This document shows positions 9,116-19,594 of a stretch of 64,000 nucleotides of DNA, in pieces. Under the pieces are notes generated by a model that did no database searches, had not been told where the DNA came from, and saw only the letters and a program-made list of their open reading frames with translations. How positions within the stretch are numbered: the first letter of the stretch is position 1; every line of letters starts with the position of its first letter. The position numbers and the translations under genes are program-made. This stretch comes from Spirochaetaceae bacterium (GTDB lineage Bacteria > Spirochaetota > Spirochaetia > WTKD01), in assembly GCA_011524535.1 (NCBI GenBank), contig WTKD01000013.1:77371-141370 (forward strand). Reading direction: 5' to 3'.

Positions 9116-10512
9116 GATTTGCCATTTCCAAATAGTTTGCTGATATCTTTGATCACATCTTTTTCTGCAACGATTGCAAGAGTGTCATTAGCAAATACAA
9201 TTTCATCACCACGCGGGAGGATAATATCTTTTTGACTACTTCTACGAAGAGCAAGAATGAGCCCTCCTGTTTTCCATGTGTCTATATCTCTTATTCTTTT
9301 TCCAACAACTCTCGTGTCTTCTTGAATATTGACTTCCCAGATAGCGATTTTCCCATCGAAAATCATCTGAAAACTTTTCTGTTCGCTCCCTCGTATATGA
9401 CGTAATATCGAGTTAACCACGGCCGTTTTTCTGTTTATGGTTACGTCTATGCCCAATCGATTAGCTATATGCGCATAATTATTCCTGATGACGAGGGCCA
9501 TCACATGAGGTATCCCCAATGTCTTCGCGTATTGGGATACAACTATATTCGTTTCTTGATTATCTGTAACAGAAAGGAGCAAATCGGAATCTTCAAGACC
9601 CTCATCGAGAAACACATCCTCTTCGGATATATCTGCGTTGAGAACCGTTGCCCGTGGGAACATCCCAGCAAGTTCTTTGCAACGATCTATATCTTTATCA
9701 AGAATACATACGGATGCACTTGATTTTCTTAAATTCAAAAAGGAAGAATTCGATCCTTCCATGGTAAACAATCTGCGCGCTATTTGTTGACCTATTTTGC
9801 CCCCACCAATGATGGCAACTTTTTGGATTTGTTTGCGTTCTTGTCCAAATCGCTTCATTAATGCATCAAAATCTCGGCTATGGGCGGCAACGTATAAGAT
9901 ATCACCCTGTTCAACAAGGTAATCACCCTTTGGAATATATACTTGATTACCACGTTGTACGATGGCTATAAGAAATTCTTCCTCTCCTGACAACGCAATA
10001 TCCCGTATATGCTTATTGCAAGCAAAAGAATCATTAGAGACAAAGAAATCACGAATTTGGATATCCATTTCCAAAAATTCATATACTTCACTCAGCGCTC
10101 CATAAGAAATACTCCGCATGATGAGGTCACAGGCTTCTATTTCCGGTACTACTACATGATCTATATGCAAGAGTTCGTGTACTTTATTTTCATCTGAAAT
10201 ATATTCTTGATTACGTATGCGAGCAATACGTTTTACATTTGGAAATAATGAAGCAACTATACCACAGGATAAAAAGTTAACTTCATCAGAATCCGTACAA
10301 GCTATAAAAAAATTTGCTTGTTCTGCTCCACAGCTCCTCAATAGTTCTGGAGTAGGCACTTTTCCTTCCACAACCATACAATCCAATTTCGAAGAAATAT
10401 TTTTTATTATATCTGTATTTTTTTCAACAAGAGTAATTTGAACATTTTCTTCAGATAAACTCCTTGCAATCTGTAAACCGACCGAACCAGCCCCGAGTAT
10501 TATGCATCGCAT
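9112..10512 (-). CDS. trkA: Trk system K+ uptake protein, two RCK/NAD-binding domains
   Basis: N-terminal MRCIILGAGSVGLQIA Rossmann motif, a second VAIIGGGKIGQQIA motif mid-protein, and 466 aa length. Confidence 0.85.
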   Translation of the reverse strand: MRCIILGAGSVGLQIARSLSEENVQITLVEKNTDIIKNISSKLDCMVVEGKVPTPELLRSCGAEQANFFIACTDSDEVNFLSCGIVASLFPNVKRIARIRNQEYISDENKVHELLHIDHVVVPEIEACDLIMRSISYGALSEVYEFLEMDIQIRDFFVSNDSFACNKHIRDIALSGEEEFLIAIVQRGNQVYIPKGDYLVEQGDILYVAAHSRDFDALMKRFGQERKQIQKVAIIGGGKIGQQIARRLFTMEGSNSSFLNLRKSSASVCILDKDIDRCKELAGMFPRATVLNADISEEDVFLDEGLEDSDLLLSVTDNQETNIVVSQYAKTLGIPHVMALVIRNNYAHIANRLGIDVTINRKTAVVNSILRHIRGSEQKSFQMIFDGKIAIWEVNIQEDTRVVGKRIRDIDTWKTGGLILALRRSSQKDIILPRGDEIVFANDTLAIVAEKDVIKDISKLFGNGKS

Positions 10513-10521
10513 CTTCTCCTC

Positions 10522-11622
10522 CTAACGATTCCATTTAAAGTACATCACATCACCATCTTTGACCACGTACTGTCGTCCTTCCTGTCGAATTTTCCCCAAA
10601 CGTTTCAATTCTTTTTCAGACGAATATGTTTCAAAATCCTCAAAAGAAAATACTTCTGCCTTTACAAATCCTTTTTGAAAATCAGTGTGGATGATACCCG
10701 CCGCTCGATCTGCAGTAATTCCTTTTCGAAAAGCCCAAGCTCTTACCTCAGTGGGTCCTGCAGTAAAAAATGAGCCAAGCCCAAGTCCCTCAAATACTCG
10801 CCGAGATACTCTTGCCAGCCCTGTTTCACTAAGTCCCAACTCTTTAAGGTATTCAAAACGTTCCTCTGAAGATTCAATATGTATCAAATCCGCCTCCAAA
10901 GAACCACATATCGTCTCCACACGCGATGGAAACCTATTCTCGATCTCCGCACACCATCTTTTTTCTGTTTCAGTCGGATCTTCTGTGACATTGCATACAA
11001 CAATGGACTGTTTCATGGTTAGCAAGGATAAAGAAGCAATTAGCTCTTCAGCTTCTTTCAATAGACTCGGATCATACGTTTCAAGAAATTTGCTTGCTTG
11101 CCTTCCTAATTCCATGTGCTTGTGAAGATCGATGAGTATTTCATATGCAACACGCTCCGATGCATCACCGCGACGTTTTTTCTGTTTCTCGATCCGCCGT
11201 TCAAGTTTTTCTAAATCGGAAATAGTTAATTCATCTTGAATAATTGAAAAATCACGTAAGGGGTCTATGCTATCACATACATGCTGAATATCTGAGGATT
11301 CAAAACAACGAAGCACGTGTATGAGAAATGTACATTCTTGTATATTAGCTAGAAACTTGTTTCCAAGCCCTTCACCTTTACTCGCACCCTGAACCAATCC
11401 AGCGATATCGGTTAATTCAAAGCTGCTATATACTGTGCGCTCTGGATTATATGTTAAAACCAGCTTTTCTATCCTAGGGTCTCTTATAGCAGCTCTCCCT
11501 AAATTCGCATCTATAGTACAGAAAGGGAAATTGCCAACTTCTGCGGTTCCAGACACTAATGCATTGAATATGGTAGATTTGCCAACATTAGGAAGCCCCA
11601 CTAACCCAGCCCTAAGTACCAC
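10522..11622 (-). CDS. ychF: Ribosome-binding ATPase YchF
   Basis: GLVGLPNVGKSTIFNAL P-loop, FCTIDANLG, C-terminal TGS-like region. 366 aa. Confidence 0.9.
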   Translation of the reverse strand: MVLRAGLVGLPNVGKSTIFNALVSGTAEVGNFPFCTIDANLGRAAIRDPRIEKLVLTYNPERTVYSSFELTDIAGLVQGASKGEGLGNKFLANIQECTFLIHVLRCFESSDIQHVCDSIDPLRDFSIIQDELTISDLEKLERRIEKQKKRRGDASERVAYEILIDLHKHMELGRQASKFLETYDPSLLKEAEELIASLSLLTMKQSIVVCNVTEDPTETEKRWCAEIENRFPSRVETICGSLEADLIHIESSEERFEYLKELGLSETGLARVSRRVFEGLGLGSFFTAGPTEVRAWAFRKGITADRAAGIIHTDFQKGFVKAEVFSFEDFETYSSEKELKRLGKIRQEGRQYVVKDGDVMYFKWNR

Positions 11623-11658
11623 AAAAACGCCTCTTAATCGTTATTATTACAAGCATTT

Positions 11659-12264
11659 TTATGCTATTCCAGAAGAATTCTGTTCGAATAACGTTCTTAA
11701 TTGTTGCTTGAATCCTTCAAGTTCTTCAGAAAATTTTTCTCGATATTGTTTGATGATACTATTTCGTTCACGGGCAATCTCAGGAATTGATTTGGGATCA
11801 AGTTTCACCGAATAGCCAAGTTTTTGTGACATTTGCACTTCACGTTCTTTCATCAATGGCTTGTATCGTTCAGAAAGCATGTTTTCAATTTGTTCCATCA
11901 CGGACAAATATTTTCGAGCTATAGATTCTAATTGGGTGAATGGGCCACGTAGCTGCGCTGCATCTTCTAATAATAGTTCTGCACAATGCTGCATGATATC
12001 AATCTCTGAAAGTTTTTCCTCACTCTGTGGAAGTGTTATAGACTGGACATACACTGAAATATAACCAGCCCTTATATACTGCAAGGTTTCCTTAGAATAA
12101 GAGCGCATGGCTTCGGCTACTTCTTCATAGGCTCCTGTTCGAGCTTTTCCAAAAAGCCGCTTTCCCTCCTCTTCGTATTTCTGACGTTCCAATATTTTTG
12201 GATCAGATTCTACCGTCCCCAATTTTTCCAGTGCTATCTCTAATGCTGTTTTCATACGTTCCAT
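11659..12264 (-). CDS. Hypothetical coiled-coil protein
   Basis: 201-aa Glu/Lys-rich ORF with good context (follows ychF on the same strand). No recognisable motif. Confidence 0.4.
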   Translation of the reverse strand: MERMKTALEIALEKLGTVESDPKILERQKYEEEGKRLFGKARTGAYEEVAEAMRSYSKETLQYIRAGYISVYVQSITLPQSEEKLSEIDIMQHCAELLLEDAAQLRGPFTQLESIARKYLSVMEQIENMLSERYKPLMKEREVQMSQKLGYSVKLDPKSIPEIARERNSIIKQYREKFSEELEGFKQQLRTLFEQNSSGIA

Positions 12265-12456
12265 ATACGTATTCTAGCATAGTGCTTCAAAAACGATAAA
12301 TATTGTATAGCACTATTAATGAATACACCTTTCACCTATTACAAATTCCTTCTGGACTAGGATAGACAAAAAATTGACGTATATAGGTGATAAATGGTTT
12401 ATTAAAATAAAAAATAGCCATTCTCCATAAAAAAAGTTCCCATGTCTTTAAAAAAG

Positions 12457-12465
12457 TGATATAAT
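12457..12465 (+). promoter_or_regulatory. Extended -10 promoter element (TGATATAAT) for the sugar ABC cluster
   Basis: TGnTATAAT match 27 nt upstream of ATG 12492, with RBS AGGAGG at 12482-12487. A TTGACG hexamer lies further upstream (~12376), ~75 nt from this -10, so not at -35 spacing. Confidence 0.35.
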
Positions 12466-12491
12466 AAAAATCAACAAATCTAGGAGGATAC

Positions 12492-13736
12492 ATGTCAAAA
12501 AAAATCACATTTGTTTTTTTTCTTCTTTTGTTTCTTGGCGGATTAATATTTGCCGAAGGTTCATCAGAAGAACAAAGAGAATTGGTAATCAATTCAAATT
12601 TGTCCGATCCAGCCCCAAAAGCTGCTTTTAACGCGTTGGTGGATGGATTTAAAGCAGAATATCCAGATATTGAGGTTACCCTCAACGAATTCGATCATGA
12701 AGCATACAAGACCGCAATTCGTAACTTTCTTGGTTCAAACCCCCCAGACGTTGCGCTGTGGTTTGCCGGAAATAGAATGAGGTTCTTTGTCGAACAAGGT
12801 CTTTTGATGGATATAAGCGACCTTTGGGAAGAAGAAGACTTCTACGACTCAATGGCTTCAACTCGATCCGCTTTCGCGGTTGGCGATGAAATGTATGGTG
12901 TTCCATGGGGATACTACCAGTGGGGTGTATATTACCGCTCCGATATATTCGATGAATACGGACTTGAAGTTCCTACGAATTTTGATGAGCTAACAAACGT
13001 AGCCGACACTCTCGTTGAGAATGGGGTTACCCCGTTCACCATCGGAACAAAATTTCTCTGGACAGCTGCTGGATGGTTCGATTATCTCAACCTTCGTATA
13101 AATGGATACGATTTCCATATGGAACTAACCGAAGGAAAGATCAGTTATCTAGACGAAAGACTTGATGCTGTTTTCGATGTATGGGCTGAAATGTTGAACG
13201 CCGGATATTTTCTTGAAAACCACGAGGCATATTCATGGCAAGAAGCACAAGCTCCTCTCATCAACGGGGAAGCTGCGATGTATCTCATCGGAAACTTCAT
13301 GATACCTGATATGGAGAGGGCTGGAATAGTTGATGACGTCGACTTCTTTCAATTCCCAATCTACGATCAGTCACTACCTGTATCTGAAGATGCTCCAACA
13401 GAGGCGTACATTGTACCTTCTGGTGCGCAAAACGTAGAAGAAGCAAAACTCTTTATCGCATACGCATCACGACCAGATGTATTGGCAGATTTTGCTGATG
13501 CAACTGGAAATATCTCACCAAACAAATACAGTAGAAAACCAACCGATCGATTCATACTTCAAGGATTCAACCTTTTGGGTTCAGCAGACAGCTTGGCCCA
13601 GTTCTATGACCGAGACACAAGCCCAGAAATGGCTGCCAAAGGAATGGAAGGATTCCAAGAATTCATGGTTTATCCTGAGCGAGAAGCCGAAGTTCGTGCT
13701 CGCATAGAAGAAGAGCGACAAAGAATATTTTTCTAA
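12492..13736 (+). CDS. Carbohydrate ABC transporter substrate-binding protein (family 1 SBP)
   Basis: Signal peptide/lipobox-like N-terminus. 414 aa. Sits in an SBP-permease-permease-GH36 cluster. Confidence 0.8.
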   Translation: MSKKITFVFFLLLFLGGLIFAEGSSEEQRELVINSNLSDPAPKAAFNALVDGFKAEYPDIEVTLNEFDHEAYKTAIRNFLGSNPPDVALWFAGNRMRFFVEQGLLMDISDLWEEEDFYDSMASTRSAFAVGDEMYGVPWGYYQWGVYYRSDIFDEYGLEVPTNFDELTNVADTLVENGVTPFTIGTKFLWTAAGWFDYLNLRINGYDFHMELTEGKISYLDERLDAVFDVWAEMLNAGYFLENHEAYSWQEAQAPLINGEAAMYLIGNFMIPDMERAGIVDDVDFFQFPIYDQSLPVSEDAPTEAYIVPSGAQNVEEAKLFIAYASRPDVLADFADATGNISPNKYSRKPTDRFILQGFNLLGSADSLAQFYDRDTSPEMAAKGMEGFQEFMVYPEREAEVRARIEEERQRIFF

Positions 13737-13781
13737 CTGAAAATTAGTTTCTAGTTAGGGAAATTTCCTGACATTATAAAA

Positions 13782-13817
13782 AAGCCAATCTTACATGTTG
13801 TTTGATTGGCTTTTTTT
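13782..13817 (+). terminator. Intrinsic terminator/attenuator between SBP and permease genes
   Basis: AAGCCAATC ... GATTGGCTT 9-bp perfect stem followed by TTTTTTT. Confidence 0.55.
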
Positions 13818-13827
13818 AGGAGTATTT

Positions 13828-14772
13828 ATGAGTAAAGAGTATAACCCACAAAACACTACGGAAGCCCCTCCCTTAACGAAAAAAATATTTGGTATGAATG
13901 AATACCAATGGATGACCTTTCGTCAAAAGATGTCCCCACTTTTTTTCCTTGCCCCGGCATTAACCCTATTTTGTATATTTGTCTTATTTCCTATTTTCCA
14001 GAGTATCTGGATAAGCTTCACTTCATGGAATGGATTTGGGGCAATGGAGTGGGTCGGTTTAAAAAACTATCAAGATCTATTTGTCGATCCCGCTTTTTAT
14101 ACTTCACTAATAAACAATGCATTGTGGCTAGTGTTGACATTGTTTGCACCCGTTCTAGGATTGATTATCGCTTTGTTTCTAAACCAACAAGTATTCGGTA
14201 TAAAAATAGTTAAATCCTTGTTCTTTTTGCCTTTTGTTATCAATCTCGTAGTTATTGGACTAATATTTTCGTGGTTTTACAACCCAGATCTTGGTTTATT
14301 GGTTACCATTTTCGAAGTATTTAACGTAGATATAAGTCCATTCTTAACAAATGAAAATACAGCAACCGTTAGAGTTATTCTTGCATCCCTATGGCCACAA
14401 ACGGCATATTGTATGATTCTCTATCTTACTGGACTCGCTAGTATGAACGCTGAGGTCGTGGAAGCCGCACGTATAGACGGTGCTGACAAAGGAAGCATGC
14501 TTTTTAGAGTTATTATTCCACAATTAAGATCAGCAACTTTTATAGCAACCGTGGTCACCATCGTCGGTGCGTTACGAAGCTTCGACCTTATATCTATCAT
14601 GACAGCTGGGGGTCCCTTCGGAAAAACAAACGTTCTAGCCTATTTTATGTATCAAGAAGCAATATTCAATTTTAAAATGGGATATGGAGCATCTATAGCG
14701 GTTATTCTTCTATTGTTCATGTTAGTTTTTATCTCTTTGTTCCTGCGTGTAATCGTAAAAGGAGAACGATAG
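13828..14772 (+). CDS. Sugar ABC transporter permease (MalF/UgpA-like)
   Basis: Polytopic. First ATG is 13828, preceded by AGGAG; the track ORF starts earlier at a non-ATG codon. EAA-like loop (EAARIDGADKGSMLFRVIIP). Confidence 0.8.
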   Translation: MSKEYNPQNTTEAPPLTKKIFGMNEYQWMTFRQKMSPLFFLAPALTLFCIFVLFPIFQSIWISFTSWNGFGAMEWVGLKNYQDLFVDPAFYTSLINNALWLVLTLFAPVLGLIIALFLNQQVFGIKIVKSLFFLPFVINLVVIGLIFSWFYNPDLGLLVTIFEVFNVDISPFLTNENTATVRVILASLWPQTAYCMILYLTGLASMNAEVVEAARIDGADKGSMLFRVIIPQLRSATFIATVVTIVGALRSFDLISIMTAGGPFGKTNVLAYFMYQEAIFNFKMGYGASIAVILLLFMLVFISLFLRVIVKGER

Positions 14773-14773
14773 T

Positions 14774-15631
14774 ATGTACCCTGCACCTATACAAAAATCA
14801 AAACTGGGCTGGAGAATAATTTATAGAATTTCAGTCCCTGTATGCCTCGTATTATGGTTGCTGCCTATGGTCGCAATTGTTCTGACATCCTTCCGAGGTA
14901 ATGCGGACATAATCTCTGGAAACTATTGGGGATGGCCAACCGAATTACAAATAGTTGAAAACTATACTGAAATTTTCAATCCTTCCCGCAGCCCAATGCT
15001 TCAATACTTTGTGAATTCTATTATCATAACCTTACCCGCGGTATTTTTTGCCATTTTTTTTAGTGCAATGGCAGGATATGCCCTCTCAATTTACAAATTC
15101 CGTGGTCGGATTGCCCTATATACCTTATTCATCGCTGGAAATTTTGTTCCATATCAAATACTGATGATACCAGTTCGATTATTATTTAATCAGTTAGGAT
15201 TACTCGATACAAAGTTTGCATTAATTTTGTTCCATATCGCATTTCAAACAGGATTTTCTACATTCTTTCTTCGAAATTTCATAGCTGATTTACCTTTTGC
15301 CTTGGTGGAATCTGCAAGAATGGAAGGGGCAAGCGAGTCAAGAATATTTTTTGGGATTATCATTCCATTGATTCGGCCCGCCCTAGCTTCACTTGGTGTG
15401 TTGTTGTTTACATTTATATGGAACGACTTTTTTTGGGCCCTAACACTTGTCCAAAGCGACGCAGCAAGACCTATAACATTTGGGTTGCAGGCCTTACGTG
15501 GACAATGGTCGATTTCGTGGAACCTCATCGCAGCAGGATCTATTGTAGGGGCCTTACCGTCTATAATCGTATTCTTTGTTCTACAAAAGCAATTTATTAC
15601 AGGATTGACATTAGGCGGAGTCAAAGAATAA
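14774..15631 (+). CDS. Sugar ABC transporter permease (MalG/UgpE-like)
   Basis: 285-aa polytopic protein with EAA loop (ESARMEGASESRIFFGIIIP). Starts 2 nt after the upstream permease stop. Confidence 0.85.
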   Translation: MYPAPIQKSKLGWRIIYRISVPVCLVLWLLPMVAIVLTSFRGNADIISGNYWGWPTELQIVENYTEIFNPSRSPMLQYFVNSIIITLPAVFFAIFFSAMAGYALSIYKFRGRIALYTLFIAGNFVPYQILMIPVRLLFNQLGLLDTKFALILFHIAFQTGFSTFFLRNFIADLPFALVESARMEGASESRIFFGIIIPLIRPALASLGVLLFTFIWNDFFWALTLVQSDAARPITFGLQALRGQWSISWNLIAAGSIVGALPSIIVFFVLQKQFITGLTLGGVKE

Positions 15632-15635
15632 GAGC

Positions 15636-17921
15636 ATGTCTTGCATCACGGTGCTTAGCTCCGACAAATACAACCCTCAATTTGTTCTCACCAACCCTCA
15701 TTTTAGCTACGCTTGTGGGGTATTCGATGGACGCTTTCTGTCTCATTTGTATTTTGGAGCCCCTCTAGAAAACACTGCCGGGTTAAAAGCAAGCATACGG
15801 ATTCGAGATTTTAATTATATGCCCCAAACCCCTTGGCGGCACCATTCGTCAGATTATAATACCGAACAGGTCGGGTATGTACAAGATTGCATACCCTTTG
15901 AATACCCTAGCTGGGGACGTGGAAGCACTCACAGGGGAGCTCTTGAATGTGAATTTTCCGATGGAAGTACTGCCTACTCCCTGGAATATCGGTCATATCA
16001 CATCGAAAATGCTATACACCAACCCGAGGGAATGCCTCTCGTCCATCCAGATAGCCCTGGAACGACCGACCCTCAATGGCAAACTCTCTGTATAGTATTG
16101 GTGGATCATGAAAGAGGCTTAGAAATAACCCTCCACTACTGCATACATCCACATGTACAAACCTTGTTACGATGGACAAGAATAAGAAACACTGGAGATA
16201 CACCCTTTATTATCTCAAATCCATACTCAGCCTCGGTGGATATTCCGGGTCCAGAAAAAGATCTTGTGTACTTATATGGTTCATGGGGGCGTGAAAGACA
16301 TGTTCAACGCATTCCAGTTTCAGCTGGGATGCACCATATTTCGGCTAGAAATGGAACCAGCAGCCACCAAACAAGCCCTTTCATGGCATTGGTGGACCCC
16401 AATACACAAGAACACAATGGGCAAGCTCTAGCACTTGCTCTTGGCTACAGCGGGAATTTTCAAGCCTCGTGTACATTAGATGAAAATGAAATCTCTCGAA
16501 TCACTATCGGTCTCTATGGATTGAAGAAAAAATTGAATACTCAAGAACAATTCGATACTCCGATGGTCGTATTAGCCTACAGTAATAAAGGCATGAACTC
16601 TTTGAGTCATTCTTTCCACGACACCATACGTACATGCATTACACCACCTCATTGGCGAAATATCCCCCGAAGCATACTCATAAATAGCTGGGAATCGATG
16701 TATTTTGATATCAATGAAAAAAAAATATTCGAACTTGCACAATCGGGAAAGGAGATAGGAGCTGAACTATGCGTTCTTGATGATGGTTGGTTCTCAAACA
16801 GAAGAGACGATACTTCATCTCTAGGAGACTGGTGGATAAACACTGATCTATTTCCTCGAGGACTGGCTAGCCTCGCGGATGCGATACGAAATATGGGATT
16901 ACTCTTTGGAATCTGGGTTGAACCAGAGATGATTTCTAAACGTAGTACACTGTATGAAAACCACCCCGAATGGGCCGTACATATCCCTGGATTACCATTA
17001 ACCGAGGCCCGAAACCAATATGTCCTTGATTTATCGAATAAAGAAGTTCAACATTTTGTATATTCGCAAATGACGGACCTCTTCACTGATATATCCCCAG
17101 ATTATGTAAAATGGGACATGAACCGCCTTATGACCGAGCCTTACTCACCAACGAAACCAGCCGCCGAGCAAGGATCATTTATGCATGATTATATGTTGGG
17201 ATTTTATCATGTATTTGGAAAACTTCAAAAAAAATTCCCCAACATTATGTTCGAATCTTGTGCGGGGGGGGGAGGCCGTCTAGACCTTGGTCTTGCCCAT
17301 TATTCACCACGTTTCTGGACGAGCGATCAAACCGATGCCATAGAACGCCTACCTATCCAGTACGGGACTTCATTATTTTTCCCACCGGAGTATATGGGAG
17401 CACACGTGTCAACAACACCCAACCACCAAGTTGGACGAACCACTCCTCTGCATACCCGCGCGATTAGTTCATTATCATACTCTTTTGGATTTGAATTGGA
17501 TCCACGGTCATTATCCAAGGACGAAAAGGAAATCCTACTGCACTATTCTAACCTATACAAGGATATACGCTCTAAAATACAGGCTGGTACCTATTACCGG
17601 CTCCTTGGACCATTGGAAAAAAACGGAACCGACAGATCTCGCTCAATACACAACCCACCCCAGAAATATGCATGGATGATAGTTGCCGAAGAAGGAAGCA
17701 GCGTATACGTGTTCTTCTCTCAGCCGTATAAAACGGGACTCCTTCATGGACATGCCCTAGGTTTGCCACCTTTACAGTATTATTCCCCGACATCCTATGT
17801 AGATGCACATACACAAAAAGAGTACAGTACTCCCTATCTTGCCCAAATAGGATTACCCCTCCCCTCGGTTTCTGAAGATTATCACAGTATGAGTTGGATA
17901 TTACACGCTAAAAAATCTTGA
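15636..17921 (+). CDS. Alpha-galactosidase, glycoside hydrolase family 36
   Basis: 761 aa. GH36 signatures KWDMN and CAGGGGR; the catalytic region resembles AgaA/MelA-type enzymes. Confidence 0.8.
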   Translation: MSCITVLSSDKYNPQFVLTNPHFSYACGVFDGRFLSHLYFGAPLENTAGLKASIRIRDFNYMPQTPWRHHSSDYNTEQVGYVQDCIPFEYPSWGRGSTHRGALECEFSDGSTAYSLEYRSYHIENAIHQPEGMPLVHPDSPGTTDPQWQTLCIVLVDHERGLEITLHYCIHPHVQTLLRWTRIRNTGDTPFIISNPYSASVDIPGPEKDLVYLYGSWGRERHVQRIPVSAGMHHISARNGTSSHQTSPFMALVDPNTQEHNGQALALALGYSGNFQASCTLDENEISRITIGLYGLKKKLNTQEQFDTPMVVLAYSNKGMNSLSHSFHDTIRTCITPPHWRNIPRSILINSWESMYFDINEKKIFELAQSGKEIGAELCVLDDGWFSNRRDDTSSLGDWWINTDLFPRGLASLADAIRNMGLLFGIWVEPEMISKRSTLYENHPEWAVHIPGLPLTEARNQYVLDLSNKEVQHFVYSQMTDLFTDISPDYVKWDMNRLMTEPYSPTKPAAEQGSFMHDYMLGFYHVFGKLQKKFPNIMFESCAGGGGRLDLGLAHYSPRFWTSDQTDAIERLPIQYGTSLFFPPEYMGAHVSTTPNHQVGRTTPLHTRAISSLSYSFGFELDPRSLSKDEKEILLHYSNLYKDIRSKIQAGTYYRLLGPLEKNGTDRSRSIHNPPQKYAWMIVAEEGSSVYVFFSQPYKTGLLHGHALGLPPLQYYSPTSYVDAHTQKEYSTPYLAQIGLPLPSVSEDYHSMSWILHAKKS

Positions 17922-18005
17922 ACTCTCAAGATAATTAATTCTCAAATCTTGCGTCTATATGTTCTCAAGAACAATTGTTTCTATTTCCCGGCTTCTACAA
18001 GAATT

Positions 18006-18947
18006 CTAATCGTCAGCAGCATTAGTATAAGCATTCTGCAATACATCTATATCACATTTCTTCATGGTTAAAAGAGCATTAATAACCGCATTACGCTTTT
18101 TTTCATCTTTCGCTGTAAGTAGTTCTTTCAATCGCTCGGGTATGATTTGCCAAGAAACTCCGAACCGATCTTTGAGCCATCCAGATTGCTCCGCCTCCGG
18201 TACGGCCGAAAGCCTATTCCAAAAATGATCTATTTCTTTTTGATCCTTGCAGAGAACAATAAAAGAAAGAGATTCGTTGAATGCAAACTGGTGATTCAAA
18301 CCACTTTCCATGACCGATATCCATGTGCTACTCAAAGTGAAATCAGAAAATTTTATGTTACCTGGACGCTCGTATTCCTCTGTTTCAGGATATTTTATCA
18401 GGCCTCCTTCTTGCGATGCTGGGAACAAGGTCCTATAAACATCTCTCGCCTCTTCAGCACGTCCGCATTGCTCTCCTACAAACAACATGGCAGGTGTGAT
18501 TGGAGCTTTGGGTGCGGGCTCAGAGCCACCAATAAGAAACTGCCAAGAAACACCAAATATGTCCTCAACCCAGCCATAGTGAGGACTAAAATCATATTCA
18601 CCCAGTTCCACCATGACTTTGCCCTCTTTGACAAATTCATTCCACAACTCATCAAATTTTTTTCTTGCTGCTTTAGCGGGATCCTTCGTATTCTGAAAAA
18701 AGTTAGAATCGAAATGCAAAATAAAGGATATCGATGGATTTAGCATAGCTTTTCCCCCGCCACCCATTGCCTCAAAGCGCTGTCCCCAAAGTTCGAATGA
18801 TACCTGCTCTATGTCATCGGCGGAAGGACCGGGAATAATCGCTTTTGAGATAATTCTAGAGTTCGGAATCAACGAACAATACCATTCAGCAGCTTGGATA
18901 GCTCGTGATTCGTACCAAATATGTGGTATAAGCATTTGTTCCTCCAT
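18006..18947 (-). CDS. Tandem PhnB/3-demethylubiquinone-9 3-methyltransferase-like (VOC-fold) protein
   Basis: Two repeats of the PF06983-like pattern (IPHIWYESRAIQAAEWYCSLIPNSRII ... and MLFVGEQCGRAEEARDVYRTLFP ...). Confidence 0.6.
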   Translation of the reverse strand: MEEQMLIPHIWYESRAIQAAEWYCSLIPNSRIISKAIIPGPSADDIEQVSFELWGQRFEAMGGGGKAMLNPSISFILHFDSNFFQNTKDPAKAARKKFDELWNEFVKEGKVMVELGEYDFSPHYGWVEDIFGVSWQFLIGGSEPAPKAPITPAMLFVGEQCGRAEEARDVYRTLFPASQEGGLIKYPETEEYERPGNIKFSDFTLSSTWISVMESGLNHQFAFNESLSFIVLCKDQKEIDHFWNRLSAVPEAEQSGWLKDRFGVSWQIIPERLKELLTAKDEKKRNAVINALLTMKKCDIDVLQNAYTNAADD

Positions 18948-19011
18948 ATATAAATGCCTGATACACCCTTAGTTCCAGGTATCATCAACTTACTTTTTTA
19001 AATAGTCTCTA

Positions 19012-19416
19012 TCACAGTAGGCAGAACAAGATTCCTGAACCAACAAGCATCAATAATCTATAACCCCCATCAATGAAATACACCACAGGCTTGGTTAATC
19101 GAAAAGAGCCGTTGTTGATTTGGGTTGCTGTGATCAACCCTACGCTGATAAGTGCCGAAACACCAACACCCATCAATACCGATTCGGCTTCAAGCATGTG
19201 CAAGATGACCCCCAATACATATATTGATACCGCGTTCGCAATCATCCCCACAAACATCGATTTGCCCGGGCTTGCACTTGCCATCATTTCATCGGTAATA
19301 CCTTCTGCTTTTTGCCAAATCCTGAAAAAAACTTTTGGACTATACCAGAACATACCAAGTACCAAAGACCATACAATGCTTATTACCAAAGCTAACCAAT
19401 TTACAGACCATATCAT
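19012..19416 (-). CDS. DUF1761-family small membrane protein
   Basis: 134 aa, 4 predicted TM helices. N-terminal INWLAL..WYSP motif is typical of DUF1761. Confidence 0.5.
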   Translation of the reverse strand: MIWSVNWLALVISIVWSLVLGMFWYSPKVFFRIWQKAEGITDEMMASASPGKSMFVGMIANAVSIYVLGVILHMLEAESVLMGVGVSALISVGLITATQINNGSFRLTKPVVYFIDGGYRLLMLVGSGILFCLL

Positions 19417-19594
19417 AACAACTTATTTTACTATATGTATGTAATGTGCTCAATTTATTTTATTATAGCGAATAACACAGTTATCAAAAAATAACCGCAT
19501 GACAGAAAATACTCTGTTTTCGATCCACCGGAGATAGTGGCTCTATTTCTTCCAACGTATAGAATATTTGCTTATCATATTGGTATGATTACGA

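Noticed and set aside
12332-12685. 117-aa minus-strand ORF spanning the sugar-SBP promoter and 5' end.
   Set aside because: It overlaps the promoter, RBS and signal-peptide region of the well-supported SBP gene on the other strand and has no RBS of its own.
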